This document shows positions 16,240 through 24,655 of a stretch of DNA of 52,226 nt, in pieces; the stretch's first letter is position 1, and every line of letters starts with the position of its first letter. The notes below the pieces were generated by a model, which saw nothing but the letters and a program-made list of their open reading frames with translations, did no database searches and was not told where the DNA came from. Position numbers and translations under genes: made by a program. This DNA comes from a virus (Duplodnaviria; Caudoviricetes), in IMG/VR virus record IMGVR_UViG_3300028146_000004, positions 1 to 52,226 of that record; one strand, written 5' to 3'.

Positions 16240-16265
16240 CGCAATGACAGCACTAGGAGGGTGTT

Positions 16266-16811
16266 ATGACAGACGCAGACGGCGTGGATTGGCCGCGAAT
16301 CGAAAAGTTGGTCCTATCCAGCTACACGAAGCGTGGCGCGCAGGCTACGTTTGCTCTGATGTACGGACTCAAGGAGGGTAAAGTGACAGACGCTGACAAG
16401 CTCCTCGCAATGGAGCTTCAGGCCAGGCAGGCACAGGCGGAGCTGCTCGAGAAGCGGACGATCGCGGACCAGCTGCGGGAGTCCCTTCTGCCGATGCAGT
16501 ACGACAGCTCCGTCATCCGGTTCAAGAAGCAGTTCGAAGTTGACGGCAAGCAGTACGCCTACGCCGCCATCTTCGCAGGCGGGCGTTGGTACATCACCGG
16601 CGGCGCCGGCAGTCGTTCCAGCTACGACCTCGACCAGCTGATCCTGTTCCTCGCCTCGGGCAAGGTTCCGACGCGGTACGTGACCAAGATGGTCGAGAGC
16701 CACAGCAACGTGGCAAGCATCACCAAGACGCCGCAGGTCGACGTACGGTACGACAAAGAGCTCCGAATTCCTCTGATCAAGGACGAGTTCACCCAGGAGC
16801 CACCCTTCTAG
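16266..16811 (+). CDS. Hypothetical protein
   Basis: AGGAGG RBS; 181 aa. Confidence 0.75.
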   Translation: MTDADGVDWPRIEKLVLSSYTKRGAQATFALMYGLKEGKVTDADKLLAMELQARQAQAELLEKRTIADQLRESLLPMQYDSSVIRFKKQFEVDGKQYAYAAIFAGGRWYITGGAGSRSSYDLDQLILFLASGKVPTRYVTKMVESHSNVASITKTPQVDVRYDKELRIPLIKDEFTQEPPF

Positions 16812-16922
16812 TCCGTAGAGGAGGGAGGTGACATCATGAAGGACTTCGTCTGGATGTAAGGACACCCTAGCGTGACGTAGAAGACTGGGGCACGCTGGTG
16901 GTAGGGGAGCGCAGTCTCCCGG

Positions 16923-16963
16923 CAAAAAGGCTCGGAATCGCGAACCGGTTCCGAGCCTTTTTG
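16923..16963. terminator. Bidirectional intrinsic terminator ending the early region
   Basis: CAAAAAGGCTCGGAATCG-loop-CGGTTCCGAGCCTTTTTG. Confidence 0.85.
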
Positions 16964-17060
16964 TTTGCCCTCAAAACGATCTTGATCGACCGTGACACTC
17001 CAGGCCCTGTGGGATTTCCCGCTACACGGCCCGTGTGTTACACCTCTATAAATAGCCCCC

Positions 17061-17091
17061 TTGCGGTCCAACGATTCTCCCGGTATATAAT
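17061..17091 (+). promoter_or_regulatory. Promoter TTGCGG-N19-TATAAT
   Basis: Repeated promoter family; heads the replication region. Confidence 0.7.
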
Positions 17092-17107
17092 AGAAGGAGG
17101 AGGGAAG

Positions 17108-17329
17108 ATGTTGAAACTGGACTTGTCGCAGGACGACCTTCACCAGATTGACGATGCGCTGGAGGTCGTAGTCACCATTGCGGAGCAGGAGATAGACGGC
17201 CTCATTGAGGAAGACCAAACGCCGGAAACGGTAGAGGACTTCCTCGATGTGGTCTTTACTGCACAGGAAGAACTCGCTACACTCAAGAACCTGCAGCAAC
17301 GGATACAGGAGGCGTTGGATGGCAATTGA
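17108..17329 (+). CDS. Small acidic coiled-coil protein
   Basis: GGAGG RBS before ATG 17108. Confidence 0.65.
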   Translation: MLKLDLSQDDLHQIDDALEVVVTIAEQEIDGLIEEDQTPETVEDFLDVVFTAQEELATLKNLQQRIQEALDGN

Positions 17330-17795
17330 CGGGAGAGCCTCTACTCGGGGGGAGCCGGAAGCGGTAGACCCTACAGTCATTCCGGCTCTCTTCGAGCATG
17401 CGGTCAAGGTGTTCGAACTCATGTGGAAGCGGTCGAAGCCAGAGCAGCTGAGCGCGTCGAGCTCTGACGGCAAGACCGTGCGAGTGTACGAGGGACACTA
17501 CACGAAGCTGTTCGACGAACTGCTTCTGAGCGTACCTTACTACACGAGCATCAAGAACCAGCTCGTAGGCATGGGCTGCATCGAGCAACTTCGTCGAGGC
17601 GGTGGGAATGCGACGAGCCGGTGGATCTTGTGGAAGCCGCCGGAGCTCGAGGCGTGGAAGGCATACACGCCAAGGAAGGCTCGACGGGGCAATGCGACGC
17701 AGATGATCCAGGGCAACGTGAAGGACCTGCACGATCGCGTTACCCGGCTGGAGGAACTTGTCGAATTCCTAATGAGGAGGGAAAGAGTAGAGTGA
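17319..17795 (+). CDS. Putative winged-helix DNA-binding protein
   Basis: L...GCIEQLRRGGG...W wing-like motif; C-terminal coiled coil. Confidence 0.6.
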   Translation: MAIDGRASTRGEPEAVDPTVIPALFEHAVKVFELMWKRSKPEQLSASSSDGKTVRVYEGHYTKLFDELLLSVPYYTSIKNQLVGMGCIEQLRRGGGNATSRWILWKPPELEAWKAYTPRKARRGNATQMIQGNVKDLHDRVTRLEELVEFLMRRERVE

Positions 17796-18118
17796 CCGAC
17801 ACTACGTACGAAGAGGCAAAGCGTTGCTTCCGCTGCAAGGAACCCGGCGAGAAGGTCGGCGAGCGACCCGCTCCACGGCTTCCTGGTATCACTCGAGGTG
17901 CATCGCTACACGTCATCGAGTGTCGCAACGAGCGATGCAGGGCGTTCGGTACTGTCGTCCGGACGATCCAGGTTAACCCGGACGGCACGATTCCACTGAC
18001 AGTGAAGCGGGAGAAGGCTTTCCCGGCAATTCCGGACCTGACGGAAGAAGTGCGCGCCAAGATCGACGAGCAGCTTCGCATGGAGACACACGGCGGAGGA
18101 GAGCTCGGCGGACGTTAG
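17792..18118 (+). CDS. Zn-ribbon protein
   Basis: GTGA overlap; CFRC and CRNERC. Confidence 0.65.
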   Translation: MTDTTYEEAKRCFRCKEPGEKVGERPAPRLPGITRGASLHVIECRNERCRAFGTVVRTIQVNPDGTIPLTVKREKAFPAIPDLTEEVRAKIDEQLRMETHGGGELGGR

Positions 18119-18213
18119 TAGACTCTAGAGAGACGAATAGCCACGTAAAGCTACGTAGGGCGTGGACAAGCCTTGTCTCTCTAAGGTCTAGTAACGTTAG
18201 ACCTTAGTTAGAC
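18118..18213 (+). repeat. Six-box TTAGAC element B
   Basis: Boxes at 18118, 18129, then a 40-bp spacer, then 18175, 18186, 18197, 18208. Confidence 0.85.
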
Positions 18214-18233
18214 GTTTACGCGTAGTAGGAGGT

Positions 18234-18713
18234 TTGATGACAACAAAGCGTGAGCACGCCAGGAAGGTACTGCTCGAGCTGGTAGTGCTTCGGAATGCGT
18301 GGCACAGCCTGTATATCGTCGGCAAGACCGATGAGGAACAGGAGTACGACATCGATCGCGACACTGAACATGGCGCGCTTGCACTCGCCAAGTTCATACA
18401 TGAGATCTTCGACGAGGGCGTCGACAAGATCAACAGTGAGATCTCCCGTGCTATACGCGAAGAGGGCAGGACACCTCACGAGATTTACACATACGCAACT
18501 ACCTGCTTGACCGAAGTAGGTAGACTTGCGGCCTACCGTATGTTCAGGATTGGTCAGCACGTAAAGGACAGGCTGCCGTTTGACGCGCTGTCCCCATGCG
18601 CGTGCGAGATCCTGTACGACGAGGACGTCGAAGCACTACTTAGCGTCCCATTCGACCTTGAAGGGGAAGGATGGGTGATCAAGAACTTCAAGTCGAAGAA
18701 GGAGGCGGAATGA
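18234..18713 (+). CDS. Hypothetical protein
   Basis: AGGAGG RBS; coupled to the helicase gene. Confidence 0.7.
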   Translation: MMTTKREHARKVLLELVVLRNAWHSLYIVGKTDEEQEYDIDRDTEHGALALAKFIHEIFDEGVDKINSEISRAIREEGRTPHEIYTYATTCLTEVGRLAAYRMFRIGQHVKDRLPFDALSPCACEILYDEDVEALLSVPFDLEGEGWVIKNFKSKKEAE

Positions 18714-20179
18714 AACTCTATCCGTTCCAAAAGGAGCTGGTGGATCGATTCGTCGACACACCATCTGTACTGGTAGGCGACGACATGGGCCTCGGTAAGA
18801 CGTTCGAGGCTCTAGCGTTGGACCTACGACGTCGCACTACACAGCTGCCTGGACGGCAGTTGGAGTATCCGACGCTCATCGTTGCGCCCTTGTCTGTTCT
18901 GGGCGTGTGGGAGTGGCATATCAAGCAGCTATGGCCTGCCGCGAGGGTTGCGGTGATCAACCCGAAGATGCGCGGCAAGTTCATTAGGGAACTAGACTCG
19001 CAGTACCACTACTACATCATCCACTGGGAAGGGGTACGGCTAGTCGAAGAGCTTCAGAAGCGTTCGTGGTGGCACATCGTCGCCGACGAAGCTCACCGGA
19101 TGAAGAATCGGAAGGCGCAGCAAACGTGGGCGCTCAAGAAGCTTCATACCAACTACAAGACGGCACTGTCGGGCACGCCGGCAGACAACGCGCCACAAGA
19201 CCTTTGGTCGTTGTTGAACTGGTTGTACCCAAAGCGGTGGACGAGCTACTGGAGCTACGAGCGTAAGCACGTCAAGTACCAGTGGCACCAAGCAGCCTCA
19301 CAGGCCAACGGCTTCAAGTGTCCTGTGCCTAACTGCGAGGACTTCCACAAGAGTAGCTTCAAGAAGATGGTCGGCGTTGACTACGTCGACGAGCTTCATG
19401 CAGAGATTGCACCGTACTACATGAGGCGGCTGAAGGCAGAGGTGATCAGTGAGCTGCCTGAAAAGTACTACACACAGATCGAAGTGGACCTCGCGCCTAA
19501 GCAGCGCAGGATCTACGATGAGATGCGACATGACATGTTGGCTTGGATTGGGGAACACGAACACGAGCCAATTGCTGCACCCATTGTTGTGGCCCAGCTC
19601 GTCAGGCTCAAGCAGTTCGCTCTGGCGTACGCTGAGCTCGAAGAGGTGCAGGTTCGCAACAGGTCAACGGGTGAAGTACAAGCCAAGACACGCGTCAAGC
19701 TTTCGGAGCCATCTTCGAAGCTGGACGTCGTCTTGGATCAACTACAAGACAACCCTACTAGGCAGTTCGTCGTCTTTAGTGAGTCGAAGCAAGCTATCAA
19801 CCTACTTGCCGCCAGACTCACAAGGGAGAACATCAGTCACGTGGTGCTCACCGGCGATACTGCACAAGCTGATCGTGACAACGTCGTGGCGAAGTTCCAA
19901 GCTGGGAGGGCTCGCGCCTTCTTGGGCACCATACATGCGGGTGGCGAGGGAATTACTCTCACTTCAGCCGACACAGTCATCTTCCTGGATCGTACTTGGA
20001 ACCCAAGTCGAAATAGGCAGGCTGAGGATCGACTGCATCGTATCGGTCAACGGAACGCGGTACAAGTCATCGACATCGTTGCTAGAGACACAGTCGACGG
20101 AGGTCGACTTCAACAGCTCGACCTGAAGTGGTCGTGGCTGAAGGAACTGTTGGGAGATAAGGTGAAGGCAGATGCATGA
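18710..20179 (+). CDS. SNF2-family (SF2) helicase
   Basis: DDMGLGKT, DEAH, LSGTP, GGEGITLT and QAEDRLHRIGQ motifs. Confidence 0.93.
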   Translation: MKLYPFQKELVDRFVDTPSVLVGDDMGLGKTFEALALDLRRRTTQLPGRQLEYPTLIVAPLSVLGVWEWHIKQLWPAARVAVINPKMRGKFIRELDSQYHYYIIHWEGVRLVEELQKRSWWHIVADEAHRMKNRKAQQTWALKKLHTNYKTALSGTPADNAPQDLWSLLNWLYPKRWTSYWSYERKHVKYQWHQAASQANGFKCPVPNCEDFHKSSFKKMVGVDYVDELHAEIAPYYMRRLKAEVISELPEKYYTQIEVDLAPKQRRIYDEMRHDMLAWIGEHEHEPIAAPIVVAQLVRLKQFALAYAELEEVQVRNRSTGEVQAKTRVKLSEPSSKLDVVLDQLQDNPTRQFVVFSESKQAINLLAARLTRENISHVVLTGDTAQADRDNVVAKFQAGRARAFLGTIHAGGEGITLTSADTVIFLDRTWNPSRNRQAEDRLHRIGQRNAVQVIDIVARDTVDGGRLQQLDLKWSWLKELLGDKVKADA

Positions 20180-20441
20180 GTACTACCACTCCGAGGGCGT
20201 GACAGACCTTCAGGCGATCCGGCTCGAAGCAAACCGGCGTCTGACCGACAAACGGTGGCCTGAGGAGAGCATCATCCACCTTCACCCCAAGACCGAGCAG
20301 TGCGAGGTCAACAAGCACGAGCATGTCCAGTTTGCTGCTCCGGCAGGACTGGAAGTCCCCGAGCAGAAGGCCGAACCGGCTGAGGAGCAGGGGAAACTTG
20401 ACACATGGAACGATCAAGAGCACGACGGCCCGGCCCTGTAA
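20172..20441 (+). CDS. Hypothetical protein
   Basis: Overlaps the helicase stop. Confidence 0.55.
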   Translation: MHEYYHSEGVTDLQAIRLEANRRLTDKRWPEESIIHLHPKTEQCEVNKHEHVQFAAPAGLEVPEQKAEPAEEQGKLDTWNDQEHDGPAL

Positions 20442-20479
20442 TGGGGTCGGGCTGTTCTGCGTTCTGAAGGAGGCAAAGA

Positions 20480-20821
20480 ATGGCTAGATACGTAGTACTC
20501 GAGTTCGACAACGACGCCGAAGCGAACGGCTTCATGTCGACCTTCGGAGACCAGCCTGAAGGGTCGACAGTTAGGATGATCGGCGTGTACCAGAAGCCGA
20601 CCCTGTTCTGCGAGTGTGCAACTCGTAGCGACAAGTCGGTTCGTGGCGCCAAGCACGGTTGGTGGCTCTGCGCTACATGCGCCAAGCCAAAGCGAGGCAA
20701 CATGCAGCACCCACTCAACAAGCTGTCGGCCGCGAAGCCGAGTGAGCAGGCGAAGGAGATGTACCTGGGGGTGAGGGAGCCTCGTGGGCAGGGATACGCC
20801 GTACCGGGAACGACCGCCTAG
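20480..20821 (+). CDS. Zn-binding hypothetical protein
   Basis: AAGGAGG RBS; CEC and CATC. Confidence 0.7.
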   Translation: MARYVVLEFDNDAEANGFMSTFGDQPEGSTVRMIGVYQKPTLFCECATRSDKSVRGAKHGWWLCATCAKPKRGNMQHPLNKLSAAKPSEQAKEMYLGVREPRGQGYAVPGTTA

Positions 20822-21008
20822 GACTTGCAAGGACTGCCTCGCCCACGTATGGTACGATGGCAGATTCTGGAAGACTGAGATAGGCGAACAAGCGTGCAAG
20901 GATAGCAGGACAGGCTATCACCGACCTGACAACAACCTACGTCCTGGTCAATTCGGGAAAGCGAATCCGCGGAGTGCGAGAGGGAAACCCACAGGGCGGC
21001 CTAAGTGA

Positions 21009-21302
21009 ATGGAGCGACTCATGTATGAGCATGTAACCCAACTCCTGAGTGACTACGTCACTACGGGAAACATGATCCTGAACCAGTACACGCTGATCGG
21101 CAACATGCTGGTCGCGTTGGGAGCAGGAACGATCGGATGGATGATCGGTTACTTTACGAAGAGACGCCCTGTGCGTAAGCCTCCAGGGCAATGGGACGTG
21201 CCGCCACAAGGGCCTTACGGAACGCGTCCAGGGCTGTACGACTTCGCCCAGCGTTCCCGCACCGTTCTAGACAGTTATAGAGACGATATTAGGACCCCTT
21301 GA
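21009..21302 (+). CDS. Single-TM membrane protein
   Basis: One hydrophobic segment followed by KRR. Confidence 0.5.
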   Translation: MERLMYEHVTQLLSDYVTTGNMILNQYTLIGNMLVALGAGTIGWMIGYFTKRRPVRKPPGQWDVPPQGPYGTRPGLYDFAQRSRTVLDSYRDDIRTP

Positions 21303-21329
21303 TGTCAACTAGGGCTGTCAGCGTATAAT
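21299..21329 (+). promoter_or_regulatory. Promoter TTGATG-N19-TATAAT
   Basis: Repeated promoter family. Confidence 0.65.
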
Positions 21330-21347
21330 TGGTGATAGGAGGGTAAA

Positions 21348-22673
21348 GTGGAAATCAATGACTACATCACTCTCAAATTGACACATTCGATCCACACAAG
21401 CGAGCGACTCTCGTTCAGAGGTTGCCGACGGCGTTGGAACTGGATCTTCGGTCACGGCTACTACCCGCAGACGACTGCGAAGCCGCTCGAGTTCGGCACG
21501 GCATTCCACAAGGCAATGGAGAAGTGGTATGATCCTGCCTTCTGGAACAAAGACGCAGAGACGAGACTGACGCTCGCTGAACTCGAATTCAAGAACACCT
21601 GCAACCAGCAGAAGGCGACGTACCTCAAGGACCGCGAAGGGAACATCGACGCGGAGGTTGAGGCCGACTTCAAGGAGCGAGTCGAGCTCGGCGTAGGCAT
21701 GTTGCGATACCACTGCAAGAACGTCTCGCCGAAGCTCGACCGTGGGCTTCGTCCAATCCAGACCGAGATCGAGTTCGAAGTCCCAATCACGGACAACAAC
21801 GGCAACCCGATCTGGTGCAAGTGCGACAGCTGCTGGCAACTCTGGCGTAACTCTGATGTGGGCAGAAAAGACATCGACGCTTACATCCAACGTGCTCGAG
21901 ACGACGACGACCGCAAGTGGTGGCAAGCCAAAGGATACGACGATCCATACAAGTTCTTGACGGACAAGTGGTATCGCCACAAGTGGCAAGGTCTTCCCGT
22001 CGCATATGGCGGCCGAATCGACGCGCTCATGCAGGACGAGTACGGACGGATTTGGGTTGTCGACTGGAAGACTGCAGCTCGTCTGTCTGGTCAGGAAGAG
22101 GGAGACTCTCCTGACGAGTTCATCCAGCTCGACGATCAGGTCACCTCGTACTGCTGGGCCATGTGGGTGTTGGGCATCGAGGTCGCCGGCTTCATCCACC
22201 ACGAGATCAAGAAGGCATTCCCGCTTCCGCCAGAGCCGAACAAGGTAAAACGGCAAGGGTGTTGGTATAGCGTCAACAAACAACAGAACACGTCGTATGA
22301 GTTGTACCTCGAGACTATTCGGGAAGGCGATCCTGTCGGCTACGACAGCGGAGCGTACAACGAGTTCCTCGAATACTTGAAGGAGACTGGGCCTCGCTAC
22401 TACAGCCGCAAGCAGGTTGTACGGAGCGAGGCTGAATTGCGTAATGCCGGTTGGAACATCGCGATGGAAGCGATGGAGATGATCCGGCCTAACCTGCCGA
22501 TCTATCCTTCGCCTGGACGATTCGCGTGCTCGTTCTGCGCATTCCGTCAGCCTTGCATCGCAACGAACCGGGACGAAGATGTCGAATACCTCTTCGCCTC
22601 GAGCTACGATGTGCGATCTCGTAGATACTGGGAGCACACGCTTCCTTCGACCGACAGTAAGGGTGGACAATGA
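21348..22673 (+). CDS. PD-(D/E)xK RecB/Cas4-like exonuclease
   Basis: C-RRW, FGTAFH, GRID...VDWKT, Q--Y and C-FC-F---C motifs. Confidence 0.9.
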   Translation: MEINDYITLKLTHSIHTSERLSFRGCRRRWNWIFGHGYYPQTTAKPLEFGTAFHKAMEKWYDPAFWNKDAETRLTLAELEFKNTCNQQKATYLKDREGNIDAEVEADFKERVELGVGMLRYHCKNVSPKLDRGLRPIQTEIEFEVPITDNNGNPIWCKCDSCWQLWRNSDVGRKDIDAYIQRARDDDDRKWWQAKGYDDPYKFLTDKWYRHKWQGLPVAYGGRIDALMQDEYGRIWVVDWKTAARLSGQEEGDSPDEFIQLDDQVTSYCWAMWVLGIEVAGFIHHEIKKAFPLPPEPNKVKRQGCWYSVNKQQNTSYELYLETIREGDPVGYDSGAYNEFLEYLKETGPRYYSRKQVVRSEAELRNAGWNIAMEAMEMIRPNLPIYPSPGRFACSFCAFRQPCIATNRDEDVEYLFASSYDVRSRRYWEHTLPSTDSKGGQ

Positions 22674-23002
22674 AACTTGCTAAGCCGAATCCCAAGATCA
22701 CTCCAGGCGACTACATCAGCACGCCGCAACCGCGCCTGGTGACATCTAGCATGAAGGCGAAGGTCTTCGAGCTGTACAACATCGGCCTTTTCCGTCGTAT
22801 CTTCTACACCGTCGACCACCTCGTCCCCCTCGAGCTCTGCGGAACGAACTCCATCCGCAACCTCTGGCCGCAGCCCAAGAAGGAAGCTCGACTCAAGGAC
22901 CTCGACGAGAACCGGCTCGCTACGGCCGTCCACGCCGGCAAGATGAAGCTGGCCGACGCTCAGCAGGAGATGCTTCAGCTTTGGGGCGGCAGCGCAGCTT
23001 GA
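22670..23002 (+). CDS. HNH endonuclease-like protein
   Basis: VDHLVPLELCGTNSIRNLWPQ. Confidence 0.75.
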   Translation: MKLAKPNPKITPGDYISTPQPRLVTSSMKAKVFELYNIGLFRRIFYTVDHLVPLELCGTNSIRNLWPQPKKEARLKDLDENRLATAVHAGKMKLADAQQEMLQLWGGSAA

Positions 23003-23094
23003 GGTACATAGCATCCTTCATTCTTGCACTAGTCCTAACCGTAGGGTGTGGAGGACTGGTCGTATATCTGGGGATGCTTCTGTTCGTGAAGTGA
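22999..23094 (+). CDS. 31-aa hydrophobic membrane peptide
   Basis: TTGA overlap with the upstream stop; entirely hydrophobic. Confidence 0.35.
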   Translation: MRYIASFILALVLTVGCGGLVVYLGMLLFVK

Positions 23095-23131
23095 CTTGCC
23101 CAAACCGATGAGGGCAGAGAAAGGAAAGCAC

Positions 23132-24010
23132 ATGTCCACAATCAGCACGATCAAAGAGCTGACACCAACCACCATCGCGGGACTGAAGCTAGAGAGAGTT
23201 GCAGACGTTCCGCCACACTTCAATATGCTCATCTACGGACGCTCGGGCACTGGGAAGACCTATCTTGCCGGCTCAGCATACGCTGTTCCTGAGATGCGAC
23301 GTGTTCTCTACATCGACATCGAAGGTGGCGTGCTGACGCTACGCAAGGAGTTCCCAGGGGTCGAGCGTGTTCGTATCTCCAGCTGGAAGGAGATGCAGCG
23401 TGTGTACGACGCCTTGTACGCAGGCGGGCATGGCTTCCAGACGGTCATCCTCGACAGCTTGACCGAGATCCAGAAGTTCAACATGGACGAGATCATGCGT
23501 AGGCTGATCGAGTCGAACGAAGCTCGAGACGAAGATGTTCCCTCTCTGCGGGAGTGGGGAAAGAACCTCGAGCAGATCCGACGCTTCGTCCGCGCGTTCC
23601 GAGATCTTCCGCTGAACGTGATCTTCACTGCGCTCGAGCGTGAAGACATGGATCGGCTGAAGAGGCCCATCAAGCTTCCATCCCTGTCAGGCAAGATGGC
23701 CCAGGAGGTCGCCGCCTTCCTGGACATCGTGCTGTACTACAACATCAAGGAGGTCAACGAAGGCGGCGAAACCAAGCAGGTAAGAGTGCTCCAGAGTCAG
23801 GCTACGGAGTCTGTCGTAGCCAAGGATCGCTCAGGCCTGCTTCCACCAGCTCTGATCATTCCGGATCAGGGTACCATGGAGCCACTGTTCGACCTGATCG
23901 TTCGACAGACAGCGTCACGAGCAGCGGCGAAGATCGAGGATGCAAAGCCCAAGCCGGTGACCGGTTTCGACCTAGTAACCGATGCTGAAATTGTCAACGC
24001 AACCAGATGA
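23132..24010 (+). CDS. Sak4-like AAA ATPase/recombinase
   Basis: YGRSGTGKT, IDIEGG, ILDSLT and AKDR motifs; lies between exonuclease and SSB. Confidence 0.85.
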   Translation: MSTISTIKELTPTTIAGLKLERVADVPPHFNMLIYGRSGTGKTYLAGSAYAVPEMRRVLYIDIEGGVLTLRKEFPGVERVRISSWKEMQRVYDALYAGGHGFQTVILDSLTEIQKFNMDEIMRRLIESNEARDEDVPSLREWGKNLEQIRRFVRAFRDLPLNVIFTALEREDMDRLKRPIKLPSLSGKMAQEVAAFLDIVLYYNIKEVNEGGETKQVRVLQSQATESVVAKDRSGLLPPALIIPDQGTMEPLFDLIVRQTASRAAAKIEDAKPKPVTGFDLVTDAEIVNATR

Positions 24011-24023
24011 AAAGGAAACCAAA

Positions 24024-24578
24024 ATGACTACTGTTACACCGACCGACGACTTCGAGGACGACGGCCTGTACGTGAACTTCTCAGACGAGGAGGCTGCGTC
24101 CGAAGCTCGTGACATCGAGCCGCTTCCGTCTGGCAAGTACCTCGTTCGGATCACCGACGTGGACATGCGCGAGGTGCAGTCCTCGAAGAACCTCGGCAAG
24201 CCGATGTACAACATCGAGTTCACCGTCATCGGCGACAAGGCCAACGGCCAGTACGTCAACCGCAAGTGCTGGACGATCGCCTGCCTCTTCCCGCCGGCGC
24301 TCTACACCATCTCGCACCTGATGAAGGCGCTGAACATGTCTGTCACCTCCGGCCGCGTTCGCATCCCGAAGCCGGAAGAGCTCATCGACCAGGTCGTCGT
24401 GATCGGCGGCGCCTACGTCGGCGAGCAGGAGGCCAAGGACGGCTCCGGCAAGAAGTACCCGCCGAAGTACGAGGTCAAGTCCATCTTCGCCGAGACCAAG
24501 TGGGCCGAGGTCACCTCCGGCAAGCCTTCGCAGCGCGCCGGCACGGCTACCTCGAAGGGTAGCTCGCTCCTCTCGTAA
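24024..24578 (+). CDS. ssDNA-binding protein (DUF669-like)
   Basis: PLPSGKY-V-ITD...GKPM-IEF-V motif; follows Sak4. Confidence 0.75.
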   Translation: MTTVTPTDDFEDDGLYVNFSDEEAASEARDIEPLPSGKYLVRITDVDMREVQSSKNLGKPMYNIEFTVIGDKANGQYVNRKCWTIACLFPPALYTISHLMKALNMSVTSGRVRIPKPEELIDQVVVIGGAYVGEQEAKDGSGKKYPPKYEVKSIFAETKWAEVTSGKPSQRAGTATSKGSSLLS

Positions 24579-24655
24579 CTGAAGACCGGAGCGGAGAGAC
24601 AAGCTTTCAACCGTGGTGGGTTATGTCTCTCCGCTCCCTTCTAACTGAATAGGAG

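Noticed and set aside
13885-16241. Calling the T elements functional tRNAs with assigned anticodons
   Set aside because: None has a canonical anticodon stem-loop; Gly-like (T3) and Glu-like (T4) remnants are only suggestive
16860-16920. preQ1 riboswitch
   Set aside because: Lacks the class I consensus and A-rich tail, and is not upstream of the que genes
21318-22670. 450-aa antisense ORF and similar antisense ORFs (for example 261..1034, 29767..30534, 14944..15654)
   Set aside because: Mirror frames of well-supported genes, as expected in GC-rich DNA
21348-22673. Cas4-like nuclease as part of a CRISPR system
   Set aside because: No repeat-spacer array or other cas genes seen; it sits in the usual exonuclease-Sak4-SSB recombination module
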